Made by a program: the position numbers and the translations under genes | The notes under the pieces: model-generated | Databases searched by the model: none | Seen by the model: the letters and a program-made list of their open reading frames with translations, nothing else | Told to the model about the DNA's origin: nothing | Virus record (IMG/VR): IMGVR_UViG_3300024319_000003 | Location: 32,001 to 96,000 of that record | Source of the DNA: a virus | DNA: 64,000 bases | Reading direction: 5' to 3' (one strand) | Part shown: positions 8,331 through 16,190 of the stretch, in pieces | How the letters are laid out: every line of letters begins with the position of its first letter | Numbering within the stretch: position 1 is the first letter of the stretch

Positions 8331-8869
8331 AATATAAGAATAGATACGGAGACGTTTATACGTTTACTAAGCAAGAAGACGAAAGTATATTATGGGAAGG
8401 ACCTTTTGAGCATGTTAGAGTAGGCTTTCCAAACGTATATAAAGTAGCTTATCAACAGTTTCGTAAAGATGGAGGACAATTAAACCAGTATGAATTCGAA
8501 GAGAAGGTACATGAGCAGATATATGATCAAGATGGTAACTGGCTTAGAAAAGGACCTATAACAGAAGATTACGGACCGATGGTATTCTCAGATACTGATA
8601 GTATTAATATGGTTGACCCTTCAGGAGGACCTTTTATTAAAGAGCATAGTGAATTAGGAGCTATGTTTGGTGAAGAGTTAAAAGGGTTATGTGTTAGAAG
8701 CTTTCATTGGAATAAAGATAAGAAAGCATATGAGATACAAACATATGGAGAGTTTGATCATCTAGCAGAGACTGAAATTATAGGTGGTATAATTAATAGG
8801 GCAGCATCACCCTGTACTGCTCATGCAAGTGAATCGGATCGTAATATAGAAGAAGAAGAAAATGCCTAG
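8324..8869 (+). CDS. hypothetical protein
   Basis: YKNRYGD...MVDPSGGPFI; long ORF. Confidence 0.75.
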   Translation: MVEYKNRYGDVYTFTKQEDESILWEGPFEHVRVGFPNVYKVAYQQFRKDGGQLNQYEFEEKVHEQIYDQDGNWLRKGPITEDYGPMVFSDTDSINMVDPSGGPFIKEHSELGAMFGEELKGLCVRSFHWNKDKKAYEIQTYGEFDHLAETEIIGGIINRAASPCTAHASESDRNIEEEENA

Positions 8870-9017
8870 ATCATATTGTGAAGAGACATCAAGCCTTTAT
8901 TGGGAGGTTTACAATGAGATGAATAATAATAAGAAGAAGTTTGTAAGTGAGGCATTTAAGAAGAGGGGGCGTTTTTCTTCCTCGACGAAGTCGCCACGCG
9001 CGAATTTAAATAAGTAA
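8862..9017 (+). CDS. small hypothetical protein (51 aa), not in track
   Basis: Fills the gap 8869-9019 and contains the GC-rich element. Confidence 0.5.
   Translation: MPRSYCEETSSLYWEVYNEMNNNKKKFVSEAFKKRGRFSSSTKSPRANLNK
8960..9001. repeat. GC-rich structured element, copy 1
   Basis: GAGGGGGCGTTT-Yn-CGAC gaa GTCG-CCACGCGC. Confidence 0.7.
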
Positions 9018-9018
9018 T

Positions 9019-9528
9019 ATGATAGAAGAATTTAAACCCATACTAACTCCTAAAGGAATTCTTAATTGTGGTGCCTTTGGAGGATCATACTTCGGTACAA
9101 AAGACTTAGAAGGTGATTATGATTACCAATCTCTATTTCAAGAGACATTAGCAGAAGTATCTCCGGAAAAGTACTTAGGAGATAAGTATCAAGTGAAGAA
9201 GAATATGTTTAAGATTAAGAGCGGCATGCCTTATGACTATTGGAAAGAGAAGGGTTGGATACATAATGATGATCCATATGGTTGGTTTGAATGGTACTTA
9301 AAATATCACAACGGTAGAAGGCATTCAGATGATGCAAGACAGATTCAACGATGGAGAGAGTTTTGTGGAGTGAATGGTAGATGGCGTAAAAGAATCTATA
9401 ACAGGATAGAAGAGACAGGTGATTGGAAAGTAAGTCCAAGGATACAACAATCATTACTACATTGGGGGTATATGGTCAACGAAGTAGACTATCAAAAACA
9501 TATTAAAGAGATGAATCATGGCATATAA
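9019..9528 (+). CDS. conserved Trp-rich hypothetical protein
   Basis: LTP...GAFGGSYF, W..KGWI...DPYGWFEWY, DARQIQRW, SPRIQQSLLHWG. Confidence 0.75.
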   Translation: MIEEFKPILTPKGILNCGAFGGSYFGTKDLEGDYDYQSLFQETLAEVSPEKYLGDKYQVKKNMFKIKSGMPYDYWKEKGWIHNDDPYGWFEWYLKYHNGRRHSDDARQIQRWREFCGVNGRWRKRIYNRIEETGDWKVSPRIQQSLLHWGYMVNEVDYQKHIKEMNHGI

Positions 9529-9748
9529 AATGACCAAAGATAAAACAACGTTGAAGTTAATAGAGGAGTTAAATGAATTAGCTACAGTATTACTTCAGAA
9601 CTATAATAAGCCTAAGAAGGAACATACAATAGAGATACAAGATGAAATAGCAGATGTTAAGCTTTGGTTGAACATTGTAGAGAAACGCTATGACAAAGAG
9701 TATATCGATAAAAGAATAAAGGGTAAGATTAAAAAGTATAAGCTATGA
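9518..9748 (+). CDS. MazG-like NTP pyrophosphohydrolase
   Basis: KLIEELNEL ... IQDEIADV (EExxE...ExxD). Confidence 0.75.
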   Translation: MAYKMTKDKTTLKLIEELNELATVLLQNYNKPKKEHTIEIQDEIADVKLWLNIVEKRYDKEYIDKRIKGKIKKYKL

Positions 9749-9846
9749 TAAAGGCAATAAAAAGAATATTAAGAGATATGTGGATGGGTATAAAGATAGC
9801 AAATGAGAACTATCTTAATGGTAAGACTAATCAAGGTAAATTCTAA
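9745..9846 (+). CDS. micro-ORF (33 aa)
   Basis: ATGA-coupled to MazG. Confidence 0.5.
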   Translation: MIKAIKRILRDMWMGIKIANENYLNGKTNQGKF

Positions 9847-9848
9847 AG

Positions 9849-9959
9849 ATGAGTAACGAAGAACAATATGAAGTTAGCGCAAAAGTAGTATTCATATGCT
9901 GTTCCTTTGTTGGATTAGTTACACTTTTAACACTATTAGCATTAGCAATCAAACCATAA
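9849..9959 (+). CDS. micro-ORF, single TM (36 aa)
   Basis: VVFICCSFVGLVTLLTLLALAI. Confidence 0.55.
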   Translation: MSNEEQYEVSAKVVFICCSFVGLVTLLTLLALAIKP

Positions 9960-9964
9960 CAAAG

Positions 9965-10057
9965 ATGAGTAAAGAATCAATACCGGATTTGATATTAGCT
10001 ATAGTAGTGTTAATGTTATGGAATGGGTACTTAATATATAAAATGCGAAAGAGATGA
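9965..10057 (+). CDS. micro-ORF, single TM (30 aa)
   Basis: LILAIVVLMLWNGYLIY followed by KMRKR. Confidence 0.55.
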   Translation: MSKESIPDLILAIVVLMLWNGYLIYKMRKR

Positions 10058-10167
10058 TCAATAGCGGAAGAGAATGGGATTGGTTAGATGATATAATAGA
10101 AGATGGTATAGATGATTATGTCTCAGTACCTACAGGAAGTAAACCGCCTACATGTATAGAAGATTAA
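10054..10167 (+). CDS. micro-ORF, acidic (37 aa)
   Basis: ATGA overlap; MINSGREWDWLDD. Confidence 0.5.
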   Translation: MINSGREWDWLDDIIEDGIDDYVSVPTGSKPPTCIED

Positions 10168-10168
10168 T

Positions 10169-10300
10169 ATGGAGTTTAAAGTATATGAGTATAAACCTTT
10201 AACAATAGGACTATGGAGACCATTTGTAATAGAGGAAGGCTTTATAAAGGACTATATAAGAAGGACTTCAATAGAGACAGATAATATAATACTATTTTAA
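10169..10300 (+). CDS. micro-ORF (43 aa)
   Basis: Starts 1 nt after previous stop. Confidence 0.5.
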   Translation: MEFKVYEYKPLTIGLWRPFVIEEGFIKDYIRRTSIETDNIILF

Positions 10301-10315
10301 AGTAAAATAAGAGTT

Positions 10316-10513
10316 ATGACAATACAAGAACAATTAAGAGGATGGGGTATGGACGTAGAAGCTTTGAAGGGGGAGGGGGCGTTTCTCTCTCCACCGAAGG
10401 TGCCACGCGCATTTTCGACGAATGTCTCAAATGATCCAACCCAACCCAACAATCTAAAGGAAGAGGAATGGTGTCATTACGGAGGTCTGCCATCACCTAA
10501 AGCATATATGTAA
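10316..10513 (+). CDS. hypothetical protein
   Basis: Leader AAGAGTT-ATG; ends WCHYGGLPSPKAY. Confidence 0.65.
   Translation: MTIQEQLRGWGMDVEALKGEGAFLSPPKVPRAFSTNVSNDPTQPNNLKEEEWCHYGGLPSPKAYM
10366..10410. repeat. GC-rich structured element, copy 2
   Basis: GAGGGGGCGTTT-Yn-CACC gaa GGTG-CCACGCGC. Confidence 0.7.
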
Positions 10514-10822
10514 GCATGCTAAAGCATGTGTCTGAGAGTGTACGACTTTGATCAATACTACATATCATTAGATATAAGATCAATGGAGAGATACCGTGGT
10601 AGTAAGGTAGATAGAGGGTAAACAACCAAGTGTTAGCCTAAAGCATATCAATTAAGTGTAACGTATATATTAATATATTGATATACATATAGTTTTATAT
10701 TGAGATATATTGTTTGTATAGAATAATACCTATAGGATGTATGGAATGAAAGGAAATTATATCAGGCATGCACCCCTCTCCAATATTTTTTTTTCTATAT
10801 AGAGGAAAATAACCCACCAAAC

Positions 10823-10855
10823 AGTTGTCTATATGCGTAAATTTTCTTATATTAA
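10823..10855 (+). promoter_or_regulatory. early promoter
   Basis: AGTTG-N20-TATATTAA. Confidence 0.8.
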
Positions 10856-10883
10856 GGTATATTAATAAAGATAAATAAAGGTT

Positions 10884-11189
10884 ATGACGTATTCAGACAA
10901 AGTTAAGAGTTCAAAAGTAATGTTAGACATCATCAAGTCCATGGAGGATGAAGAGAGTATTAAGTTTACCTACGGCAAAGGTTATAAAGGAGAGCCTGAG
11001 GTATATAAGATCAATTGTTATAAGGATGGTATAGATGGTAAAACGTCTTATAGTATCTGGAATAACTTTAATGGTATGAATGTATCTTCTTTGGGTCCTA
11101 CTACGGTTAAGTGTTATACATTTGATATGATGTCTCAGAGAACTACATATAACTTCCCGTTAAATGAAATGATAATGGTTGAAGGATAG
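10884..11189 (+). CDS. hypothetical early protein
   Basis: AAAGGTT-ATG leader. Confidence 0.8.
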   Translation: MTYSDKVKSSKVMLDIIKSMEDEESIKFTYGKGYKGEPEVYKINCYKDGIDGKTSYSIWNNFNGMNVSSLGPTTVKCYTFDMMSQRTTYNFPLNEMIMVEG

Positions 11190-11208
11190 ATAAATCCTAT
11201 GGGGTATT

Positions 11209-11241
11209 AGTTGCCTCCTAAGGATATTTTTCTTATATTTA
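11209..11241 (+). promoter_or_regulatory. early promoter
   Basis: AGTTG-N20-TATATTTA. Confidence 0.8.
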
Positions 11242-11261
11242 AGTATAAAGCAATAAAGGTT

Positions 11262-11522
11262 ATGAGTAATATAGAGTATTTAAAGAGTTATGTAGGTAAG
11301 ATGTTTAGTGACAATTTTAGTTCTACCGGGACCAGTCTATTGATTAGAGTGGAAGAGGATATGAATAAGGCCTACTACATGGAGTGTTATAGTCAATATG
11401 CCAATGTGTCTGGTAGAAGAGCTGATGGTAGTAAGAGAACAGATAAGTTGTATCATCCTACACCGGGTTTAAATACAATGTCTATCGCTCAGTTAGAGAG
11501 ATGTATAATAGGTGTAGTATAA
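11262..11522 (+). CDS. hypothetical early protein (start corrected from 11211)
   Basis: AAAGGTT-ATG at 11262. Confidence 0.75.
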   Translation: MSNIEYLKSYVGKMFSDNFSSTGTSLLIRVEEDMNKAYYMECYSQYANVSGRRADGSKRTDKLYHPTPGLNTMSIAQLERCIIGVV

Positions 11523-11548
11523 ATTATTAATTAAATTAAATAAAGGTT

Positions 11549-11737
11549 ATGAAGAAGAAGTTAGATTTAAATCCTGCTACTGATTATGTGAAGTACCTCA
11601 ACGGCTATATGCCTAAGATTGAGCATTGGCAAGCAAAGTTTGATGAGGCTAAGAGTAACAATGATTTCGATGGTATGAATGAGGCACTAGATAGTCTTAT
11701 ATACTTTGTTAGTAAACAAAAATTGATCTATGGTTAA
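11549..11737 (+). CDS. hypothetical protein
   Basis: AAAGGTT-ATG leader. Confidence 0.75.
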   Translation: MKKKLDLNPATDYVKYLNGYMPKIEHWQAKFDEAKSNNDFDGMNEALDSLIYFVSKQKLIYG

Positions 11738-11936
11738 TATATTAAGAGCCGTAATGGTAGTAGCTGGTATTATAATAGTATATGGTATAGGTTATGCCTT
11801 TATACAGCTGGTTAATGGTATACTATATCAGATCTTTATACATCCAGAGCGTACATGTGTTATAGTCTTATCTATATTAGGCATATGGGCGGGTATAGAG
11901 TATGTAATCAAACGTATAAACAATTCCAAGGTATAA
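11730..11936 (+). CDS. 2-TM membrane protein
   Basis: Two hydrophobic helices. Confidence 0.65.
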   Translation: MVNILRAVMVVAGIIIVYGIGYAFIQLVNGILYQIFIHPERTCVIVLSILGIWAGIEYVIKRINNSKV

Positions 11937-11952
11937 CCTTACCTTCCTAAGT

Positions 11953-11993
11953 CCTTCGTTAACTCGTCCGGTATCCTGCCGGTCGGGTGAAGG
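11953..11993. other. long GC-rich hairpin at convergence of + and - operons
   Basis: CCTTC/GAAGG, ACTCG/CGGGT, CCGGTA/TGCCGG nested stems. Confidence 0.55.
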
Positions 11994-12125
11994 CATGTAG
12001 ATATCATGGTGATAGAACAGTGACAGTAAAGTTCCCTAAAGGGTTGGTCCTCTGCAAGATTCTACCATACCTAATCGCATACTTCCTATAGAATTTTGGT
12101 ATATAGTAATATATATGTATATATG

Positions 12126-12269
12126 TTAAGCTATTAAACTCCACATAGCACTCACAACACCACCTAATACAAACAAACATAGCATTCCTACTATTAAAGC
12201 AAATACGGTATCTCCTAACATACCTAATACTTGTTTACCTAGTTGTTTATTTTCTTCTCTATTGCTCAT
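12126..12269 (-). CDS. small membrane protein (47 aa), not in track
   Basis: TAATG-coupled to bS21 stop; MSNREENKQLGKQVLGMLGDTVFALIVGMLCLFVLGG... Confidence 0.6.
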   Translation of the reverse strand: MSNREENKQLGKQVLGMLGDTVFALIVGMLCLFVLGGVVSAMWSLIA

Positions 12270-12469
12270 TACTTTAAATCTTCGTGTTTGTCTCTATACT
12301 CACGGGTCTTAATTGTCTTTTGTTTAGACTTACGCTTGGCATCCGAAGGTTTTGTATAGTGTTTACGTTCTCTCTGTTCTTTCAACAGCTTTGTATCCCG
12401 TACCTTACGTTTATACCTCTTTAATGCTCTTGCAATGTCCTCACCTTTCTTTAATAGTATTCTTAACAT
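12269..12469 (-). CDS. rpsU: phage-encoded 30S ribosomal protein bS21
   Basis: K.GE.I.RALKRYKRK ... R.R.HYTKPS..KR is the bS21 signature; Bacteroidota-like N-terminus. Confidence 0.92.
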   Translation of the reverse strand: MLRILLKKGEDIARALKRYKRKVRDTKLLKEQRERKHYTKPSDAKRKSKQKTIKTREYRDKHEDLK

Positions 12470-12496
12470 TTATATGTTTTATAGTACATAGGCTAT

Positions 12497-12679
12497 CTAT
12501 GAGTTGTCTAACTGGATTGTTCCTTCTTTGACTAGCTCTTGATATGCCATATCTATGAGTTCATTCATATCTTTACGTTGTCCTTGCTTGGTCGACCGTA
12601 TTTCTCCGACCCTTTTAAGTAGCTCTACGTTTTTACCTTGAGCGTATGCAATATACAGTAAATCTTCTCCAGTACTCAT
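12497..12679 (-). CDS. hypothetical protein
   Basis: First gene behind the minus-strand early promoter. Confidence 0.7.
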   Translation of the reverse strand: MSTGEDLLYIAYAQGKNVELLKRVGEIRSTKQGQRKDMNELIDMAYQELVKEGTIQLDNS

Positions 12680-12707
12680 CTATATTTTCTATACCTTATT
12701 ATATTAA

Positions 12708-12740
12708 ATAATATAAGAAATTTTTGGGGAAAAAACAACT
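12708..12740 (-). promoter_or_regulatory. early promoter (minus strand) driving the bS21 operon
   Basis: Reverse complement reads AGTTG-N20-TATATTAT. Confidence 0.75.
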
Positions 12741-12797
12741 AATATTGAAATTTTTTTTTTGCAAATTTTTTGATCTATACAAACATGCTATTTATTA

Positions 12798-13238
12798 ATG
12801 ATGGAAAAACTAGACCCACATACGTTATTTAGCATCTTCGAACAAGGAGATGAAGAGGTATATAGAGAGCATGGACACGATGATGTCTTAGATAACCCTT
12901 TTGTCCTTATGGGGATGGTGTTAAGAGGTTTAGAGAACTATAAGCTTATGGTATTAATGTATACTCGTAAGTATCCAGAGCAGTTTAAAGCAGCAGAACC
13001 AGGTATTAAAGGTAAGTACTACGATAAGATGTATGGATATCTTAATAGATTGGATTTAAGAAAGATAGAGACTGCTTTCCGTATAGGCAAAAGCTATTCA
13101 AAGGATGAGATACAATTAGCTTTAGATGATCTAATAGAGCATTATATAAGTGTTGAGCAGTATGAGAAATGCGCTAAAATCGTTCAATACAAAGATCTCT
13201 TTATTTTAGAAGAAGTTTACCAAATAATTAATAAATAA
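12798..13238 (+). CDS. hypothetical protein with C-terminal UVR-like helix
   Basis: EQYEKCAKI; TATTTATT at 12789 upstream. Confidence 0.7.
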   Translation: MMEKLDPHTLFSIFEQGDEEVYREHGHDDVLDNPFVLMGMVLRGLENYKLMVLMYTRKYPEQFKAAEPGIKGKYYDKMYGYLNRLDLRKIETAFRIGKSYSKDEIQLALDDLIEHYISVEQYEKCAKIVQYKDLFILEEVYQIINK

Positions 13239-13248
13239 CTGTCACTTT

Positions 13249-13281
13249 AGTTGCCTAGTAACTTAATTTTTCGTATATTTA
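13249..13281 (+). promoter_or_regulatory. early promoter
   Basis: AGTTG-N20-TATATTTA. Confidence 0.8.
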
Positions 13282-13306
13282 GATATAAGATAAAAAGATA
13301 AAGGTT

Positions 13307-13678
13307 ATGGCAAATTCAAACACACACACAATTTCAAATCAAAGTCAATTCGATGAAACTCTTATGTGGGTCTCAGATCTCTACAAAGACGTTAATGGTT
13401 TCAGACCTAGAGGGTATAACTTCCATAATTGGTCTTTCCAGGAGCTTGCTGATTTCGTTACCGACCTTATGTTAGTAAACTCAAAGCAAGTCGAAGATGA
13501 GAGGGCTTGGGAGAATAAAGCTATTAAGGATGTAATGTCTGTAGGGGCTGATGATAAGGAGACTGCTCTTAGATGGTTAGATCAAGCCGATGCTTACTTT
13601 ATGTACGGTGATGATGAATTCTATGAAGATCATATTGAGAAGTACGGTTGGGTAGCTAAACACTTTGAGGTATGTTAG
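13307..13678 (+). CDS. conserved phage hypothetical protein
   Basis: SDLYKDVNGFRPRG; GA.D.ETALRW. Confidence 0.75.
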   Translation: MANSNTHTISNQSQFDETLMWVSDLYKDVNGFRPRGYNFHNWSFQELADFVTDLMLVNSKQVEDERAWENKAIKDVMSVGADDKETALRWLDQADAYFMYGDDEFYEDHIEKYGWVAKHFEVC

Positions 13679-14310
13679 ATATAAATCTTCGCGGCAACTT
13701 GCGCGCGTTTCGCGCGGCGGCCCTTTTGTTTTTACTCGCCCTCGCCCTTTCTTGTGAGCAAGATGTTTTGATACCTAACACTTGTGTAGGAGGTGATTGT
13801 AATGCATATATGTCTACTCAATTTTACAAAGACAGTAACGGTTATACACACGCTGTCCTTGATTGGACTAGAGAGTATTTACCTTATTTTGCTATAGATG
13901 TAGAGGCATCTCGTACTAATCCTGTTTATTACTATAACGATGTACCTGTTGTTAGTGCTGAATTTGATACAGATACTTACTATGTGTTAGGAGATAGTAT
14001 TGCTTTCACTATTCCACTGTACAACCCTTATACTGGATTAGAGACTTACGATGGTTTTCCAATACCTGTACAGGATACTGTGGTTTATTTAAGTCAGTTT
14101 CAAGGAATGGTACTCCCTATAGTCCAGAATGATACTAGAATTTACTTTGCAGACAATGAAGAAGGTAGATTTACTACAAAAAGGTTAGTTGGTCCAGTCC
14201 CAGAAGTGATGATAGGTGATACTATATCGGTTTATATGAGGGTATTTTGGGATGCCGGTGAGTATTCCGTGTTAAAAGATGAATATTTAGAAAAATATAT
14301 TATAGAATAG
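13672..14310 (+). CDS. putative lipoprotein
   Basis: Signal peptide with lipobox LALSC. Confidence 0.7.
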   Translation: MLDINLRGNLRAFRAAALLFLLALALSCEQDVLIPNTCVGGDCNAYMSTQFYKDSNGYTHAVLDWTREYLPYFAIDVEASRTNPVYYYNDVPVVSAEFDTDTYYVLGDSIAFTIPLYNPYTGLETYDGFPIPVQDTVVYLSQFQGMVLPIVQNDTRIYFADNEEGRFTTKRLVGPVPEVMIGDTISVYMRVFWDAGEYSVLKDEYLEKYIIE

Positions 14311-14341
14311 TTGCTTTTCTGCAAAATTTTTAATACCTTGT
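14309..14341 (+). promoter_or_regulatory. early promoter variant
   Basis: AGTTG-N20-TACCTTGT. Confidence 0.55.
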
Positions 14342-14454
14342 ATATATTATATAAGAAAATTAATAAGGTATAATAAAAAGTATATTTAAATAAATAAAAT
14401 ATTTAATAATAATTTAATTAACTATTAATAAGAATAAATTTAAAAAGGTTACCT

Positions 14455-15186
14455 ATGTTAAATGCTGAACAGATTGCTAAAAACTACGAAAAACACTTAA
14501 AAATCATTGAAACCTATTTAGGTGGACGTGCTATCGCTTGTAAAGAGATGTTAAAACACATGGAGGATAACTATGTAATGGCTCCTGCTAGTGGAAAGAC
14601 TTGGTATCATAATGCTTTTGCTGGAGGATATGTAGATCATGTTAATAGAGTAGTACAATATGCTGTAGAGCAGTCTAGATTATATGAAAAAATGGGTGGT
14701 ACTTTAGATTATACTGAAGAGCAATTAGTATTTGCCGCTCTCTTTCATGATTTAGGTAAGATAGGAGATGGAGATCAACCAAACTATATACCTCAGACTG
14801 ATAAATGGAGACAAGATAAGCTTTCAGAAATGTATACTTATAATCCAGACCTTCAATTTATGTTAATTCCAGATAGATCTTTATTTATTTTACAGAAGTT
14901 CGGTATTAAAGTAGATCAAAAAGAGTTTTTAGGTATAAGATGCCACGATGGAGTGTTTGATAAGGCTAATGAAGCTTACTTTTTCAGTAATGTTGAATCA
15001 TCTAGACAAAAAACAGCTTTAGTATCCGTTTTACATACTGCTGACTTCTTAGCCTCTAAGGTAGAGTACGATATGTGGAAAAGAAACGGAGGATCTTCAC
15101 AACCTAAATCCCAGAAGACTAAATCAACCACAGGTAAAAGAGTTAATTCTTCTCAGGGCTTAACAAATTTACTTAAAAATATATAG
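14455..15186 (+). CDS. HD-domain phosphohydrolase (YhaM-like)
   Basis: APAS...YHNAFAGGYVDH, FHDLGKIG, HDG, LHTAD. Confidence 0.88.
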   Translation: MLNAEQIAKNYEKHLKIIETYLGGRAIACKEMLKHMEDNYVMAPASGKTWYHNAFAGGYVDHVNRVVQYAVEQSRLYEKMGGTLDYTEEQLVFAALFHDLGKIGDGDQPNYIPQTDKWRQDKLSEMYTYNPDLQFMLIPDRSLFILQKFGIKVDQKEFLGIRCHDGVFDKANEAYFFSNVESSRQKTALVSVLHTADFLASKVEYDMWKRNGGSSQPKSQKTKSTTGKRVNSSQGLTNLLKNI

Positions 15187-15187
15187 T

Positions 15188-15508
15188 ATGAACATTAATC
15201 CTACCACTCTATACATAATAGTAACAATTTTAGTTGCTTTTGCCGGAATTTTATCGTATATTACATATAACCTACTAAGAAAGGTAGAGAATTACCAAGA
15301 TATTACTAATAATCAATCAGAATACCTGGTAAAAGTCTCTTCTTTGATAGTAGATACACAAAAGCACCTAAACAATCTTGACGAACGTGGGGTTTTCAAG
15401 TCTGATGATGAGGTCGGTTATTTTTTTGAAAATATAAAACTGATACAAAAAGAGTTGGACAAATACCAACTACCCGAAAACTATGCCAAGAAAGAGATCA
15501 AAAGCTAA
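15188..15508 (+). CDS. N-terminally anchored membrane protein
   Basis: TM helix then coiled coil; F.SDDEVG.FF. Confidence 0.7.
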   Translation: MNINPTTLYIIVTILVAFAGILSYITYNLLRKVENYQDITNNQSEYLVKVSSLIVDTQKHLNNLDERGVFKSDDEVGYFFENIKLIQKELDKYQLPENYAKKEIKS

Positions 15509-16187
15509 TTACTTTACAAAAGAGACAGAAGAATATATAAACAAGTACAACTCTTCAATAGACACCGAATACCGTAATAAGATATTTACAGAACACATCT
15601 ACTACCCGTTCTATAAGCTAGCAGAGAATATAATACATACATTTAAGTTTTACTACACAGATGTTGATAAGATTGAAGACCTTAAACACGAAATAGTCTC
15701 TATGCTCTTAGAAGAAAAGATTATGAAGTTTGATAAGGATAATGGAGCAAAAGCTTATTCATATTTCGGAACTATAGTAAAAAGGTGGTTAATAAATTAT
15801 AATAATAAAAATTATAAGAAGTTAAAGAAAATCGGAAGTTTTGATGATATGGAAGATTCATACGATACTCCATTTTGGAAAAACGAAGAAGACTCTATAT
15901 CACTCAGCCAATTTCTAGATATATACGTAGAAGAAGCATATGTAGATTTAGAAAGTAATTTTACTAAAGAAAGTGAAAGAAAGATAGCGGATGCTATTTT
16001 AACTATATTTAAAACAAGACAGGATTTAGATATATTTAAAAAGAAAGCTCTGTATATATACATAAGGGAAATGACGGATTGTGAAACTCCACACTTAACT
16101 AAAGTGGTAAATAAGTTAAAAACACACTTCTATGTTTTATTCGATAAATATAATGATGTAGGTTTAATTCGCACAAAAGAACTTTAA
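15483..16187 (+). CDS. gp55-like late sigma factor
   Basis: Sigma region-2-like segment KLAENII...KFDKDNGAKAYSYFGTI, resembling T4 gp55 (FD...F.YF.QI); sits before the late structural block. Confidence 0.7.
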   Translation: MPRKRSKANYFTKETEEYINKYNSSIDTEYRNKIFTEHIYYPFYKLAENIIHTFKFYYTDVDKIEDLKHEIVSMLLEEKIMKFDKDNGAKAYSYFGTIVKRWLINYNNKNYKKLKKIGSFDDMEDSYDTPFWKNEEDSISLSQFLDIYVEEAYVDLESNFTKESERKIADAILTIFKTRQDLDIFKKKALYIYIREMTDCETPHLTKVVNKLKTHFYVLFDKYNDVGLIRTKEL

Positions 16188-16190
16188 ATC

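Noticed and set aside
2353-11261. Shared N-terminal peptide (...RILRY.NKAIKV-M) in ORFs 2353, 6136 and 11211
   Set aside because: It is the translated promoter cassette; the TTG starts are the -33 element and the true ATGs are 2410, 6193 and 11262
1751-14341. Repeated cassettes as a CRISPR array or integron attC sites
   Set aside because: Copies are degenerate, separated by whole genes and non-palindromic; no cas or integrase in window; promoter geometry explains them
14342-14450. Extremely AT-rich intergenic stretch as an origin
   Set aside because: No iterons or distinctive structure; can be a long 5' UTR; insufficient evidence
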